This document shows, one piece after another, positions 43,486-53,698 of a stretch of 64,000 nucleotides of DNA. Every line of letters starts with the position of its first letter. Position 1 is the first letter of the stretch. The notes beneath the pieces were generated by a model. The model was not told the origin of the DNA. It did not search any database and worked only from the letters and a program-made list of their open reading frames with translations. Both the position numbers and the translations under genes were made by a program. This DNA is from Bacillota bacterium (GTDB taxonomy: Bacteria; Bacillota; Dethiobacteria; DTU022). The DNA lies in assembly GCA_011389985.1 (NCBI GenBank), contig JAABTH010000007.1:21769-85768 (forward strand), read 5' to 3'.

Positions 43486-43983
43486 TTAAAGCTGCTTTTC
43501 ATTGTTATTATTGCTTAGGGACTCATCTTTAGGATCAAGTTCCTCAAAAACGCGTATAATCGATTGAAGTGAAACTATGAGGTTTTCTCTTTCAGCCGGG
43601 TCTAAATGCTGAGCCAGGTTATTAAACCTGTAGGAGCGCCTTTCAAAAACGAGTCGTGAAAGTTGTCGGCCATATGATGTTAGAGTAACCCTTACCACCC
43701 GGCGGTCTTTATCATCACCACGTCGTTTAACCAGGTTAAGGTTAACCAGCCTATTTACAAGTCGTGTTGCTGCGCTTTCAGCCAGGTATATTTCCGAGCT
43801 TAACCTACCCATTGTCAGATCATCATGAATATAGAGGACCAGAAGTGCATTGACTTGGCTCGGAGTGATCCCCAGTCCGGTTAGCTCACGGTTTTCCTCT
43901 GCGCTGAGGTAATGCATGATTTTAGGAAAAATAGCCTGGATGGCTGAAGTAAATCTTTCAGGATCTCTGTAATCACTGCTCAT
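43486..43983 (-). CDS. MarR-family transcriptional regulator
   Basis: 165 aa with a winged-helix MarR core (TPSQVNALLVL...DRRVVRVTLT). Confidence 0.85.
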   Translation of the reverse strand: MSSDYRDPERFTSAIQAIFPKIMHYLSAEENRELTGLGITPSQVNALLVLYIHDDLTMGRLSSEIYLAESAATRLVNRLVNLNLVKRRGDDKDRRVVRVTLTSYGRQLSRLVFERRSYRFNNLAQHLDPAERENLIVSLQSIIRVFEELDPKDESLSNNNNEKQL

Positions 43984-44021
43984 TTATTTTACTCCTTAAT
44001 GTCAGAGGCGTTCAGGTCTGT

Positions 44022-44073
44022 GACAAAACTTGATCATAGGTTAGGCTATTTGCATAAATCTGTCAAGTTTTAC
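44022..44073. promoter_or_regulatory. Inverted repeat in the marR / Memo-AMMECR1 divergent intergenic region (candidate MarR operator)
   Basis: AAAACTTGA (44025-44033) and its perfect reverse complement TCAAGTTTT (44063-44071), with flanking partial matches. Confidence 0.4.
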
Positions 44074-44212
44074 CGTTTGCATCTTTTCAACTATTGTTGA
44101 CAGTTCGTCTATTTGGTATACTGATAACAGGTAATTACTCTGACGGCCGGAGTTAATGACGGCCCTAACCCTCAACATTCAAACCTCCGGTTTTAAGGCA
44201 GGTGTTTAATTT

Positions 44213-45592
44213 ATGCTTTCAATAATTGGTATTGCTCCCCATCCGCCGATCATTATTCCCGACATTGGCCGCGGCGAATTAAGCAAAGTGAGCAAAACTA
44301 TAGACGGTATGCAGCAATTAAGTCAAAAAATTAAAGATAAATCACCGGAACTGTTAATTTTCATCACTCCACATGGGAATGTATTAAGAGAAGGTCCTGC
44401 TCTGTTAACCGAAAAGTATCTTACCGGTAATTTTGGACGCTTTGGTTTTCCGGACCTAAAAATGGAATTTGAAACTGACCAAAAATTGATTGATATCCTG
44501 CGAGAAGAAACATCTTCAGAACCAATTCAGCCGGTTTTCCTTGACAATGAAAATCATGCTATTAAGAATGATAATGCTTTAGATCACGGTGTTATGGTGC
44601 CTCTTTATTACCTGAAGAAGGCCGGAGTGAATCTGCCAGGTTTACATATAACATTTAGCTTTGACGCAAACAGAGATTTGTACAGTTTTGGTACTGCCCT
44701 CAGAAAGTCTATCGATAAAAGAGGTTTAAATACTGCAATATTAGCCAGCGGCGATCTTTCGCATCGCCTTATTCCGGGCGCCCCGGCCGGCTATACACCA
44801 CGCGGGGTTAAGTATGATCAATTATTGATAGAATTGCTTCGTGAGGGAAAGGTAGAAGAAGTATTAAATATTGATCCGCATTTAGTCGAAGATGCGGGTG
44901 AATGCGGTCTGCGTTCTTTCATAATTGCCCTTGGCACAATCGACGGTCAGGAATTCAGTACCGATATTATTTCATACGAAGGTCCTTTTGGGGTTGGTTA
45001 TCTGGTTGCCTCAATCGAACCGTTAAATAATAAAGGCGATACTTTGGCAAACGATGATAGTGAGAAGGTAAAGAGTCTTCCTGAACCGAATCCGGCATAT
45101 TTCGCCCGCCAGGTTTTGGAGAGCTACTACAGATATGGTCATATTCAAGAGCCTCCGGGCGAGTTGTCTTCACATTACCTGGATAAGGCAGGAGTCTTTG
45201 TTTCACTTAAAAAACAAGGAAGGTTGCGCGGTTGCATAGGGACATTTGAACCGGTCAGAAAAAACCTGGCCGCAGAAATTACCGCCAATGCTGTAAGTGC
45301 GGCAACAAGAGATCCCCGGTTTTCACCTGTTCGTGCAGACGAATTGCCTGAACTAGATGTATCTGTTGATCTTTTAAGCCCATTGGAAAAGGTTAGCAGT
45401 GAAAGTGAGCTTAATCCGAAAATATATGGGGTGTTTATTCGCAGCGGTCACCGCACTGGTCTTCTACTGCCGGATCTCGAAGGAGTAGATACTGTTGAAG
45501 AACAGCTTGGTATTGTCCGTCAGAAAGCAGGAATAAGACCTGCTGAAACGGCTGAATTATTCCGCTTTAAGGTTAGTCGCTACAGGGAATAA
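44213..45592 (+). CDS. AmmeMemoRadiSam system fusion protein: Memo/LigB-superfamily (class III extradiol-dioxygenase-like) domain plus AMMECR1 domain
   Basis: 459 aa. The N-terminal ~270 aa have the Memo/LigB-like pattern (IGIAPHPPIIIPD..., ITPHGNV). The C-terminal ~190 aa are clear AMMECR1 (GRLRGCIGTFEP...SAATRDPRFSPV...GLLLP). Confidence 0.8.
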   Translation: MLSIIGIAPHPPIIIPDIGRGELSKVSKTIDGMQQLSQKIKDKSPELLIFITPHGNVLREGPALLTEKYLTGNFGRFGFPDLKMEFETDQKLIDILREETSSEPIQPVFLDNENHAIKNDNALDHGVMVPLYYLKKAGVNLPGLHITFSFDANRDLYSFGTALRKSIDKRGLNTAILASGDLSHRLIPGAPAGYTPRGVKYDQLLIELLREGKVEEVLNIDPHLVEDAGECGLRSFIIALGTIDGQEFSTDIISYEGPFGVGYLVASIEPLNNKGDTLANDDSEKVKSLPEPNPAYFARQVLESYYRYGHIQEPPGELSSHYLDKAGVFVSLKKQGRLRGCIGTFEPVRKNLAAEITANAVSAATRDPRFSPVRADELPELDVSVDLLSPLEKVSSESELNPKIYGVFIRSGHRTGLLLPDLEGVDTVEEQLGIVRQKAGIRPAETAELFRFKVSRYRE

Positions 45593-45640
45593 ATCTGGGA
45601 TAAGTTTGACGGATTCTATTGTTTCGTGAGGAGAGATAAT

Positions 45641-46654
45641 TTGCACAAAGCGCTCTATTACCAGTATGAAGAAAATAAAATTCGCTGCCTTCTTTGTCCG
45701 AAATATTGCCTTCTTGGAGAAGGTCAGGTTGGGGTATGTGGAGTGCGGCTGGTTGAAGAAGGAGAACTCTATACGGCTAATTATAGCTGCCTGGCTGCTG
45801 CAAACTGGGATCCTGTGGAAAAGAAACCCCTGTATCATTATTATCCGGGTTATAAAATATTATCGCTTGGAACTATAGGTTGTAACTTTCACTGTACATT
45901 CTGTCAGAATTGGTCTCTGGCCCGTGGCAAGCAGGAACAGTGCGTAGAGATGATCAAGCCAGCGGCCGTTCTGGCCATGCTTGAACGCGAAGGAGACCCG
46001 GAACAGGTCCTGGGTGTAGCTTACACTTATAATGAACCGATGATCTGGTATGAGTTTGTTCTTGAAACTGCAAAACTTTTACACAGACATGGTTACAGGA
46101 ACGTGCTTGTTACCAACGGCTATGTAAATCCTGAACCGCTGAACGAACTTTTGCCTTATGTTGATGCCATGAATATTGATGTTAAAGGTTTTTCTGACCG
46201 TTTTTACCGTAAGTACTGTAAAGGTGAGAAAGAGCCGGTGATCAAAACAGTTGAAACTGCAGTAAAACACTGTCATGTAGAAATAACCTGCTTACTGATT
46301 CCAACCCTAAATGACGATATTGCCGAGCAGGAAGAACTGGCCCGTTGGATGGCCGGCCTTAGCCCGGATCTTGTTTTACATTATTCGCGTTATTTCCCGC
46401 AATACAAACTTGAATTGCCACCAACTCCTATTAGTGTCATGGAAGAATCAGTTAAAACCGCCAGGAAATATTTACGTTATGTCTACGCCGGTAATATTGA
46501 TTTGCCTGGAGCTTCTGATACATCCTGTCCGTATTGTAATAACCTGCTTATTTCCCGAAGCGGTTACAAGACGACGATTACGGGTGTTAAAGATGGGCAC
46601 TGTAACAATTGTGGCAATGCGGTAAAAATAATTATGCCTGAAGTGAGCGCTTAA
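45641..46654 (+). CDS. AmmeMemoRadiSam system radical SAM enzyme
   Basis: CNFHCTFC (CxxxCxxC) radical-SAM motif plus an N-terminal CLLCPKYC...C..C cluster typical of this system's SAM partner. The TTG at 45641 sits 5 nt after GAGGAGAG. The ORF-track GTG at 45626 is embedded in the SD. Confidence 0.8.
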   Translation: MHKALYYQYEENKIRCLLCPKYCLLGEGQVGVCGVRLVEEGELYTANYSCLAAANWDPVEKKPLYHYYPGYKILSLGTIGCNFHCTFCQNWSLARGKQEQCVEMIKPAAVLAMLEREGDPEQVLGVAYTYNEPMIWYEFVLETAKLLHRHGYRNVLVTNGYVNPEPLNELLPYVDAMNIDVKGFSDRFYRKYCKGEKEPVIKTVETAVKHCHVEITCLLIPTLNDDIAEQEELARWMAGLSPDLVLHYSRYFPQYKLELPPTPISVMEESVKTARKYLRYVYAGNIDLPGASDTSCPYCNNLLISRSGYKTTITGVKDGHCNNCGNAVKIIMPEVSA

Positions 46655-46871
46655 ATTGATTTATTTATCCAGAGTTGAATAATTTAGTGCGGGATAATAA
46701 CCCGGGGTTACCTGGTTAAAATCTATCGACTAAAATTTTTGTGAATTTGTTTTGGCAGCGTATCTAATATTTGAAGGTATTACTGCTTATTAAAGCGAAT
46801 AATAACAAGGTTAACCCGGAAAAACAGACAGCCTGTATAAGCTGAAAAACCTACAGAGGATCTAAAAGATT

Positions 46872-47705
46872 GTGGCCATTTGGGAACGTATTATTGCAGC
46901 AGTTTTACAGTTAAATGTTGAATGGCGTGATGTTGTTGATATAGTGATCATGTCATATGTCTTCTATCGTTTGATCCTCATAATCCGCGGAACCAGGGCG
47001 GAACAACTGGTTAAGGGCCTCATAGTTCTTCTACTGGCTATGGTTGTGAGTGATCAGGCTGGCCTCGATACACTTCACTGGACTCTCAGACAAACGATGA
47101 CTGTTGGTCTTATAGCTATTCCGATTGTATTTCAACCGGAGTTAAGGCGCGCCCTTGAGCATTTAGGCCGGGGGAAAATATTTAAATCGACCTATTGGAA
47201 CTGGAGCGTCCAGGATTTTGATAACATGCTTGATGAACTGACTAAGGCTATTGCTGTTTTGGTAAAAAAAAGAATTGGTGCTCTCATGGTTATCGAACGT
47301 TCTACGGGTTTAAAAGATTGGATCAACACCGGAATACCTGTTGAAGGTGTAGTAACGGCTGAACTTCTAATTAATATATTTTTCCCGCGAAGTCCCTTGC
47401 ACGATGGTGCAGTAATCATCCAGGAGAACCAAATAGTTGCCGCCGGTTGTTATCTGCCACTGACTGAAGATCCGAATCTTGGCAAAGAACTTGGTACCAG
47501 GCATCGCGCAGGAATTGGCATTACAGAGAATTCAGATGCTGTTGCGATAATTGTATCCGAAGAAACAGGCGTTATTTCTATTGCTCATGACGGGGTCTTA
47601 ACCCGTTATCTCGATGAGAAAAAATTAAGGGCCGTGATTGCCGAGTTGCTGTCACCTGAGCAAAGCGAGGGTTTTAACCTCTGGTCATGGAGGAATAACA
47701 AGTAA
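46872..47705 (+). CDS. cdaA: Diadenylate cyclase CdaA (GTG start)
   Basis: Three N-terminal TM helices and a DAC domain with the motif SPLHDGAVII plus RHRAG. Confidence 0.9.
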   Translation: MAIWERIIAAVLQLNVEWRDVVDIVIMSYVFYRLILIIRGTRAEQLVKGLIVLLLAMVVSDQAGLDTLHWTLRQTMTVGLIAIPIVFQPELRRALEHLGRGKIFKSTYWNWSVQDFDNMLDELTKAIAVLVKKRIGALMVIERSTGLKDWINTGIPVEGVVTAELLINIFFPRSPLHDGAVIIQENQIVAAGCYLPLTEDPNLGKELGTRHRAGIGITENSDAVAIIVSEETGVISIAHDGVLTRYLDEKKLRAVIAELLSPEQSEGFNLWSWRNNK

Positions 47706-47707
47706 CT

Positions 47708-48406
47708 ATGGAGAAGTTTTTACGCAGCAATAACTTAGCCCGGATTATAGCAATATTTCTTGCTGTGATTCTCTGGCTTTTTGTTACAGGAGATAAGATT
47801 ACCCGTACAACACCCACCCGTATATCATACGAAGTGCCTTTGCAGGTAGAAGGCCTTGCTCCGGAATATGTGGTCACTGATATTCCATCAAGCGTTGAAA
47901 TAATGCTTGAGGGTTTGCCCGAATATTTTGTTGATCTTACCCTGGAAGAAATATATGCCTTTGTGGATCTAAGCGGGTTAGATTCCGGAAACCACCTTAT
48001 TCGTGTTCAGGATAAGCCGCCACGTGGTTTAAACACTGTTCTGCTTGATCCGGAACAAGTCAGGGTTTCGATTGAAGGGTATATCAGTGAGGATTTCGAG
48101 TTGGAAGTAGAGATAATCGGTGAACCTGCAGACGGTTGGAAACTTGCCGATTACTCAATTGTACCTGAAACGGTATTGATCGGCGCTCCGGAATCGATTT
48201 TTGAGCAAGTTGCCCGAATGGTCCTTCTGATAGACATTACCGGTATGCGTCTCATTGAAAGTGTTGAGTTAACTCCCGTAGCATATAATGAAGAAGGAAA
48301 CAGGGTTAATGGTTTGGTTATTGATCCTTCCCTGATTACAGTGCGTCTTGAATTTGAACGAATTGTTGAACCGGAACAGCCGGAAGAACAGGAAAATGAG
48401 GAGTAG
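47708..48406 (+). CDS. cdaR: CdaA regulatory protein CdaR (YbbR-like domains)
   Basis: 232 aa with an N-terminal signal anchor and YbbR-like repeats. It immediately follows cdaA. Confidence 0.8.
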   Translation: MEKFLRSNNLARIIAIFLAVILWLFVTGDKITRTTPTRISYEVPLQVEGLAPEYVVTDIPSSVEIMLEGLPEYFVDLTLEEIYAFVDLSGLDSGNHLIRVQDKPPRGLNTVLLDPEQVRVSIEGYISEDFELEVEIIGEPADGWKLADYSIVPETVLIGAPESIFEQVARMVLLIDITGMRLIESVELTPVAYNEEGNRVNGLVIDPSLITVRLEFERIVEPEQPEEQENEE

Positions 48407-48440
48407 AGAACCTTTTTTACCTTATTAAGGAGGCATTTTA

Positions 48441-49781
48441 TTGGGTAAACTATTTGGAACAGACGGAATCAGGGGAGTGGCAAACAGAGATTTAACTCCT
48501 GAGCTTGCGTTTAAGATTGGAAGAATAACAGCCTGGTTGCTGGGCAGTGATCATAACAGCCCGGTTTTTTTAATAGGTCGTGATACGCGCCTTTCCGGTT
48601 CAATGCTTGAAGGTTCATTAACGGCCGGAATTACATCAGCTGGTGGTGAAGTAAGGCTGCTGGGAATTGTATCGACACCTGCTGTGGCCTATCTGACCAG
48701 GCACCTTAAGGCATCCGCCGGGGTAGTTATATCAGCTTCTCATAATCCTATTGAAGATAACGGTTTAAAGATATTTGACAGCAGGGGTTACAAATTGCCC
48801 GATGCTTTGGAAAACCAAATAGAGGAGTATTATTTTAATGAACCAGATAGTTTGCCCAGGCCGGAAGGTCCTCAGCTCGGCCAGGCCCGAATTGATCAAG
48901 ATGCTTTGAATAATTATATAACCTATCTTCAAGGCATTTCAGTACCTTTAAAAGGACTTAGTATCGCCGCTGATTGCGCTCATGGAGCTGTATGCCGGGT
49001 TGCCGGAGAACTATTACAAAAACTTGGTGCAGATGTGATGATGCTCCACGATGACCCTGATGGAAACAGAATTAATGTCAATTGCGGAGCGACGGATACT
49101 GCTGATTTGCAAAAAGCGGTCATAGATAAGGGGGCTTCGCTGGGTCTCGCATTCGATGGCGATGCCGACAGGCTTATAGCAGTTGATGAAAATGGCGCTA
49201 TTGTCGATGGTGATGCGGTTATGGCCATTTGCGCTCTCGATATGGTTCAGAAAGATCTACTCAGTAAAAAAACTTTGGTAACAACAGTCATGAGTAATGG
49301 CGGCCTTGACATATTGGCAGAAAAACACGGAATTAATGTAATCCGTACAGCTGTTGGTGATCGTTATGTCCTCGAAAAAATGGTTGGAGGTGGCTTCAAC
49401 CTGGGTGGAGAACAGTCGGGCCATGTAATTTTTTCTAATCATGCCACAACCGGCGACGGTTTATTAACTGCTTTGCAGCTTTTGAAAGTGGTTCAGGAAC
49501 AACAGAGACCGCTATCTGAGTTGGCTTCGGTTTTGGAAAGACTTCCCCAGGTACTGGTTAATCAGAAAGTTGGCACTAAAGAGGGTTGGTCAGATAACAA
49601 AAAAATTAAAAAAGCGATTGATCAGGTTAATCACGACCTGGGGCACCATGGTCGTGTTCTTATCCGGCCATCAGGAACAGAACCTAAGATCAGAATAATG
49701 CTTGAAGCACAATTGCCAGAGAAAAGTTTGCAGGAATATGCACAATCTTTGGCTGAAATAATTGCTGAAGAACAGGCTTAA
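48441..49781 (+). CDS. glmM: Phosphoglucosamine mutase (TTG start)
   Basis: GTDGIRG at the N-terminus and the active-site SASHNP motif. AAGGAGG lies 8 nt upstream. Confidence 0.93.
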   Translation: MGKLFGTDGIRGVANRDLTPELAFKIGRITAWLLGSDHNSPVFLIGRDTRLSGSMLEGSLTAGITSAGGEVRLLGIVSTPAVAYLTRHLKASAGVVISASHNPIEDNGLKIFDSRGYKLPDALENQIEEYYFNEPDSLPRPEGPQLGQARIDQDALNNYITYLQGISVPLKGLSIAADCAHGAVCRVAGELLQKLGADVMMLHDDPDGNRINVNCGATDTADLQKAVIDKGASLGLAFDGDADRLIAVDENGAIVDGDAVMAICALDMVQKDLLSKKTLVTTVMSNGGLDILAEKHGINVIRTAVGDRYVLEKMVGGGFNLGGEQSGHVIFSNHATTGDGLLTALQLLKVVQEQQRPLSELASVLERLPQVLVNQKVGTKEGWSDNKKIKKAIDQVNHDLGHHGRVLIRPSGTEPKIRIMLEAQLPEKSLQEYAQSLAEIIAEEQA

Positions 49782-49982
49782 AATGATTCAGGGCAAAAGA
49801 TTATTTGGCTGTTAAGTTATTTATAGCGGGGGGAGACCTGTACTCCTCCTTAATTCTGTGACGGAAGTAGTTCTAACTTTTATTTTATACTGCCTCTGAG
49901 ACTTACATAGGTATAATGATCGATAAGCATTTGAAAAGAGTAGGTTTTTACTTACATATACAGGTAAACAGGGGGTTATAGA

Positions 49983-51821
49983 ATGTGTGGCATAGTCGGT
50001 TATGCAGGCAATAAAGAAGCTCTGGCTGTTATCATAGATGGTTTAAAAAAACTTGAATATCGTGGGTATGATTCAGCCGGTGTAGCATTTCAGAAAGGCA
50101 ATGATCTGGTCATTACCAAGGCGGCTGGTTCTGTTGCTTCTCTTGAAACAGCTCTGGGAGAGCAGAACAGCAGTATTAATGTTGGTATTGGCCATACCCG
50201 CTGGGCAACTCACGGGCGCCCAACCGATGAGAACGCTCATCCTCACAGCAGCTGTTGCGGAAAAATAGCGCTGATTCATAATGGTATTATAGAAAATTAC
50301 CGGGCGATCAGGCAGAGAATGACAAGCGAAGAAAGCCATAAATTTATTTCTGAAACAGATACTGAGGTGCTGGTTCACCTGGTTGAAGAAAATTATGAAG
50401 GAGATCTCCTTCAGGCTGTGCGCACAGCGCTTAAAGATGTTAAAGGATCTTACGGGCTTGTAGTTATCTCATCTGCTGAACCGGGTCGAATGATATGTGC
50501 GCGTCAGGACAGCCCCCTGATTATCGGCCTGGGTGAGGGAGAAAACTTTATTGCTTCTGATATCCCAGCTCTTCTCGCGCATACCCGCAGGACAATTGTT
50601 CTTGAAGATGGAGAGTTTGCTTCAATTACTATGGATAAGGTAGAGGTATTTGATCATAAAGGCCAGCCTGTAGAAAAAGAAGTCTTAGAAATAACCTGGG
50701 ATATTGAAGCGGCTGAAAAAGGTGGCTATGAGCATTTTATGCTCAAAGAGATCATGGAACAACCAACCGCGGTAAAAGAAACAATGCGGCAGCGTATTGA
50801 TGTCGAGAAAGGGCGAGTTGATTTAAGCGAATTGGCGTTTACATCATCTCAGCTTGAATCACTTGATAAGGTTTATATTGTAGCATGTGGCACGGCCTAT
50901 CATGCCGGTCTTCTTGGAAAGGCAATAATTGAAAAGCTGGCGAATCTGCCGGTTGAGGTTGACGTAGCCTCTGAATTTCGCTATCGTGAACCATTGTTTA
51001 AGAAAAACCAGCTTGTTATAGTAATCAGTCAATCAGGCGAAACGGCAGACACCCTGGCTGCTCTGCGCCTTGCCCGCCAGAAGAGTTTACAAGTTTTAGC
51101 AATAACGAACGTTGTTGGCAGTACAGTATCCCGTGAAGCTGATCATGTTCTTTATACCTGGGCCGGGCCTGAAATAGCAGTGGCATCTACGAAAGCATAC
51201 TTAACCCAGTTAATATCAATCTACTTGGTTGCGCTCTACTTTGGAGAGGTACGGGGGGCAATCGAAAAGGAATATCTGTCTGAAATAGTAAAAGGTCTTA
51301 ACCGCTTACCGTCTCAGCTTAAGGATGTTCTTTCTGAAGAAAGTGTAAACAGGCTTAAGGCTTACTGTGAACACCTGGCAGGATGGGAAAGCGCTTTTTT
51401 CGTCGGGCGTAACCTCGACTATCCTGTTGCCATGGAAGGAGCCTTAAAATTAAAAGAGATATCCTATATTCATGCTGAAGCTTACCCTGCAGGAGAACTT
51501 AAACATGGTCCCCTGGCTTTGATCGTGGAAGGTATACCGGTCATAGCTTTAGCTACTCAAAAAGCTGTCCTAGATAAAACTCTGAGCAATATCCAGGAGG
51601 TAAACGCTCGCGGTGGTGCAGTATTTGCCATAACCCAGGAAGGATTTGAAGATGTCTCACGACAGGTTGAGTCTATATTTTATCTGCCCCCGATTGAAGA
51701 TATATTAGCGCCTGTATTAAGTGCTGTTCCTACCCAGCTGATTGCCTATTATGCAGCAATAGCGCGCGGGAGCTCGGTTGATAAACCCCGAAACCTGGCA
51801 AAAAGCGTAACGGTGGAATAG
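49983..51821 (+). CDS. glmS: Glutamine--fructose-6-phosphate aminotransferase
   Basis: 612 aa with an N-terminal MCGIVGY Ntn amidotransferase domain and two SIS domains. Confidence 0.95.
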   Translation: MCGIVGYAGNKEALAVIIDGLKKLEYRGYDSAGVAFQKGNDLVITKAAGSVASLETALGEQNSSINVGIGHTRWATHGRPTDENAHPHSSCCGKIALIHNGIIENYRAIRQRMTSEESHKFISETDTEVLVHLVEENYEGDLLQAVRTALKDVKGSYGLVVISSAEPGRMICARQDSPLIIGLGEGENFIASDIPALLAHTRRTIVLEDGEFASITMDKVEVFDHKGQPVEKEVLEITWDIEAAEKGGYEHFMLKEIMEQPTAVKETMRQRIDVEKGRVDLSELAFTSSQLESLDKVYIVACGTAYHAGLLGKAIIEKLANLPVEVDVASEFRYREPLFKKNQLVIVISQSGETADTLAALRLARQKSLQVLAITNVVGSTVSREADHVLYTWAGPEIAVASTKAYLTQLISIYLVALYFGEVRGAIEKEYLSEIVKGLNRLPSQLKDVLSEESVNRLKAYCEHLAGWESAFFVGRNLDYPVAMEGALKLKEISYIHAEAYPAGELKHGPLALIVEGIPVIALATQKAVLDKTLSNIQEVNARGGAVFAITQEGFEDVSRQVESIFYLPPIEDILAPVLSAVPTQLIAYYAAIARGSSVDKPRNLAKSVTVE

Positions 51822-51887
51822 CCCGATGAGAAAAAATTTGCATGAGCTTGCCTGGAAAAGAATAAATCAGCAGCGAAGGAGATTTAT

Positions 51888-53594
51888 ATGAGAGAGAAAA
51901 TCGAAGCCGATATAAAAACAAATTTCATTTATACTATGATCAGAGATGATCTGGAAAAGGGATCACTTGGTAACAACCCTGTTCATACCCGTTTCCCTCC
52001 CGAGCCAAATGGCTATCTTCACATCGGACATGCAAAGGCAATTCTGTTGAATTATGGCATTGCCAAAGATTTTAATGGATTCTTTAACCTTCGCTTTGAT
52101 GATACCAATCCGATCAAAGAGGAACAGGAGTTTGTCGATTCAATAATCGAAGATATTCGCTGGCTTGGAGCTGACTGGGACGACCGCCAATTTTTTACAT
52201 CAGATTACTTCGAAACAAAATATGAATTTGCTACCCGGCTTATTAAAGCAGGCCAGGCATACGTCTGTGATTTGAGTCCGGAAGAGATTAGAGAATACAG
52301 AGGCACCCTGACTGAACCGGGGCAGGAAAGTCCATATCGTAACCGCTGCACGGAAGAGAATCTCGATCTGTTTGAAAGAATGCGCCGGGGCGAATTTCCC
52401 AATGGCAGCCGGGTATTAAGGGCTAAAATAGATATGGCTTCGGGCAATCTGAACATGCGCGATCCCGTGCTTTATCGTATTTTGCATGCTGATCATCATC
52501 GCACTGGAGACAAGTGGTGTATCTATCCGATGTATGATTTTGACCACCCCTTTTCCGACGCCCTGGAAGGAATAACTCACTCGTTATGCTCTATTGAATA
52601 CAGTGATCATCGGCCTCTTTATGATTGGATCGTAGAAAATGCTCTCGAGCTCATGCCTGATGAGATCAAGTTTCGATCCCGTCAAACAGAATTTGCGCGC
52701 CTGAATATGACTTACACCGTAATGAGTAAGCGTAAATTAAGACGTCTGGTAGAAGAAAAATATGTTTCCGGCTGGGATGACCCACGCATGCCCACAATAG
52801 CCGGCTTGCGCCGCCGGGGGGTAACCCCAGAAGCTATAACGGACTTTCAGGATAGAGTAGGAGTATCAAGGGCTGACAGTACCGTTGATCTTGCCCTCTT
52901 TGAGCACTGTATCCGTCAGGATCTGGAAACAAGGGCCCCGCGTTTGATGGCAGTGTTAGATCCGCTTAAAGTTGTAATCACAAACTGGGCTGAAGGAAAA
53001 ACTGAAATGGTCGATATGGAAAATATGCCCGGAGACGAAAGTGCAGGAATACGTCAGGTTCCATTTGCTAGAGAAATATTTATTGAGCGTGACGATTTTA
53101 TGGAAGAACCGTTAAAAAAATTTTTCAGGTTGGCTCCTGGTAAAGAGGTTCGCCTTAAAGGAGCGTACATTATTTGTTGTGAAAAAGTGATAAAAGACGA
53201 AAAGGGCAACGTTACCGAACTGCACTGTAATTATGATCCCCGGACTAAAAGCAATGAAGATACAAGCGGCAAAAAAGTAAAGGGAGTAATTCACTGGGTT
53301 TCGCAGAATCATGCGGTTAGAGTCGATGTTAATCTTTATAATACACTTTTTACAGTGGAGAATCCTGAAGAAGACGATGAAAAAGATTTTACGGGTCACA
53401 TTAACCCTGAATCGCTGATTGTATGTAAAAATGTTCCGGCCGAACCGGCGGTTAATGAAGCTCTTCCGGGAAGCCGTTTCCAGTTTTTGCGGAAAGGATA
53501 TTTCTATTATGATCCGGTTGCAAGCAGAGAGGGCTCACCTGTTTTTAACCGCGTTGTAGCTTTGCGTGACAGCTGGGCTAAATTTAAAAAGTAA
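51888..53594 (+). CDS. glnS: Glutamine--tRNA ligase
   Basis: 568 aa with [18 protein letters not shown] (HIGH) and VMSKR (KMSKS-like). The C-terminal anticodon-binding beta-barrels are typical of GlnRS rather than GluRS. Confidence 0.88.
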   Translation: MREKIEADIKTNFIYTMIRDDLEKGSLGNNPVHTRFPPEPNGYLHIGHAKAILLNYGIAKDFNGFFNLRFDDTNPIKEEQEFVDSIIEDIRWLGADWDDRQFFTSDYFETKYEFATRLIKAGQAYVCDLSPEEIREYRGTLTEPGQESPYRNRCTEENLDLFERMRRGEFPNGSRVLRAKIDMASGNLNMRDPVLYRILHADHHRTGDKWCIYPMYDFDHPFSDALEGITHSLCSIEYSDHRPLYDWIVENALELMPDEIKFRSRQTEFARLNMTYTVMSKRKLRRLVEEKYVSGWDDPRMPTIAGLRRRGVTPEAITDFQDRVGVSRADSTVDLALFEHCIRQDLETRAPRLMAVLDPLKVVITNWAEGKTEMVDMENMPGDESAGIRQVPFAREIFIERDDFMEEPLKKFFRLAPGKEVRLKGAYIICCEKVIKDEKGNVTELHCNYDPRTKSNEDTSGKKVKGVIHWVSQNHAVRVDVNLYNTLFTVENPEEDDEKDFTGHINPESLIVCKNVPAEPAVNEALPGSRFQFLRKGYFYYDPVASREGSPVFNRVVALRDSWAKFKK

Positions 53595-53698
53595 TTACAT
53601 CAAGCTTTCTTCTTATTTTAGGTTAAGTGAAAGCATGCAAGTTGGTTGTTCTTAAATCAGATAAAAAAATGTTATGTTTTTGAGGGAAAGGAGTATAT

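Noticed and set aside
49782-49982. Possible glmS ribozyme upstream of glmS
   Set aside because: The interval is too short once the promoter is placed. It lacks the conserved ribozyme core segments. Only a plain promoter plus a short UTR is visible.
51822-51887. T-box leader upstream of glnS
   Set aside because: The 66-nt gap is far shorter than a T-box riboswitch and contains only an SD (GAAGGAG).
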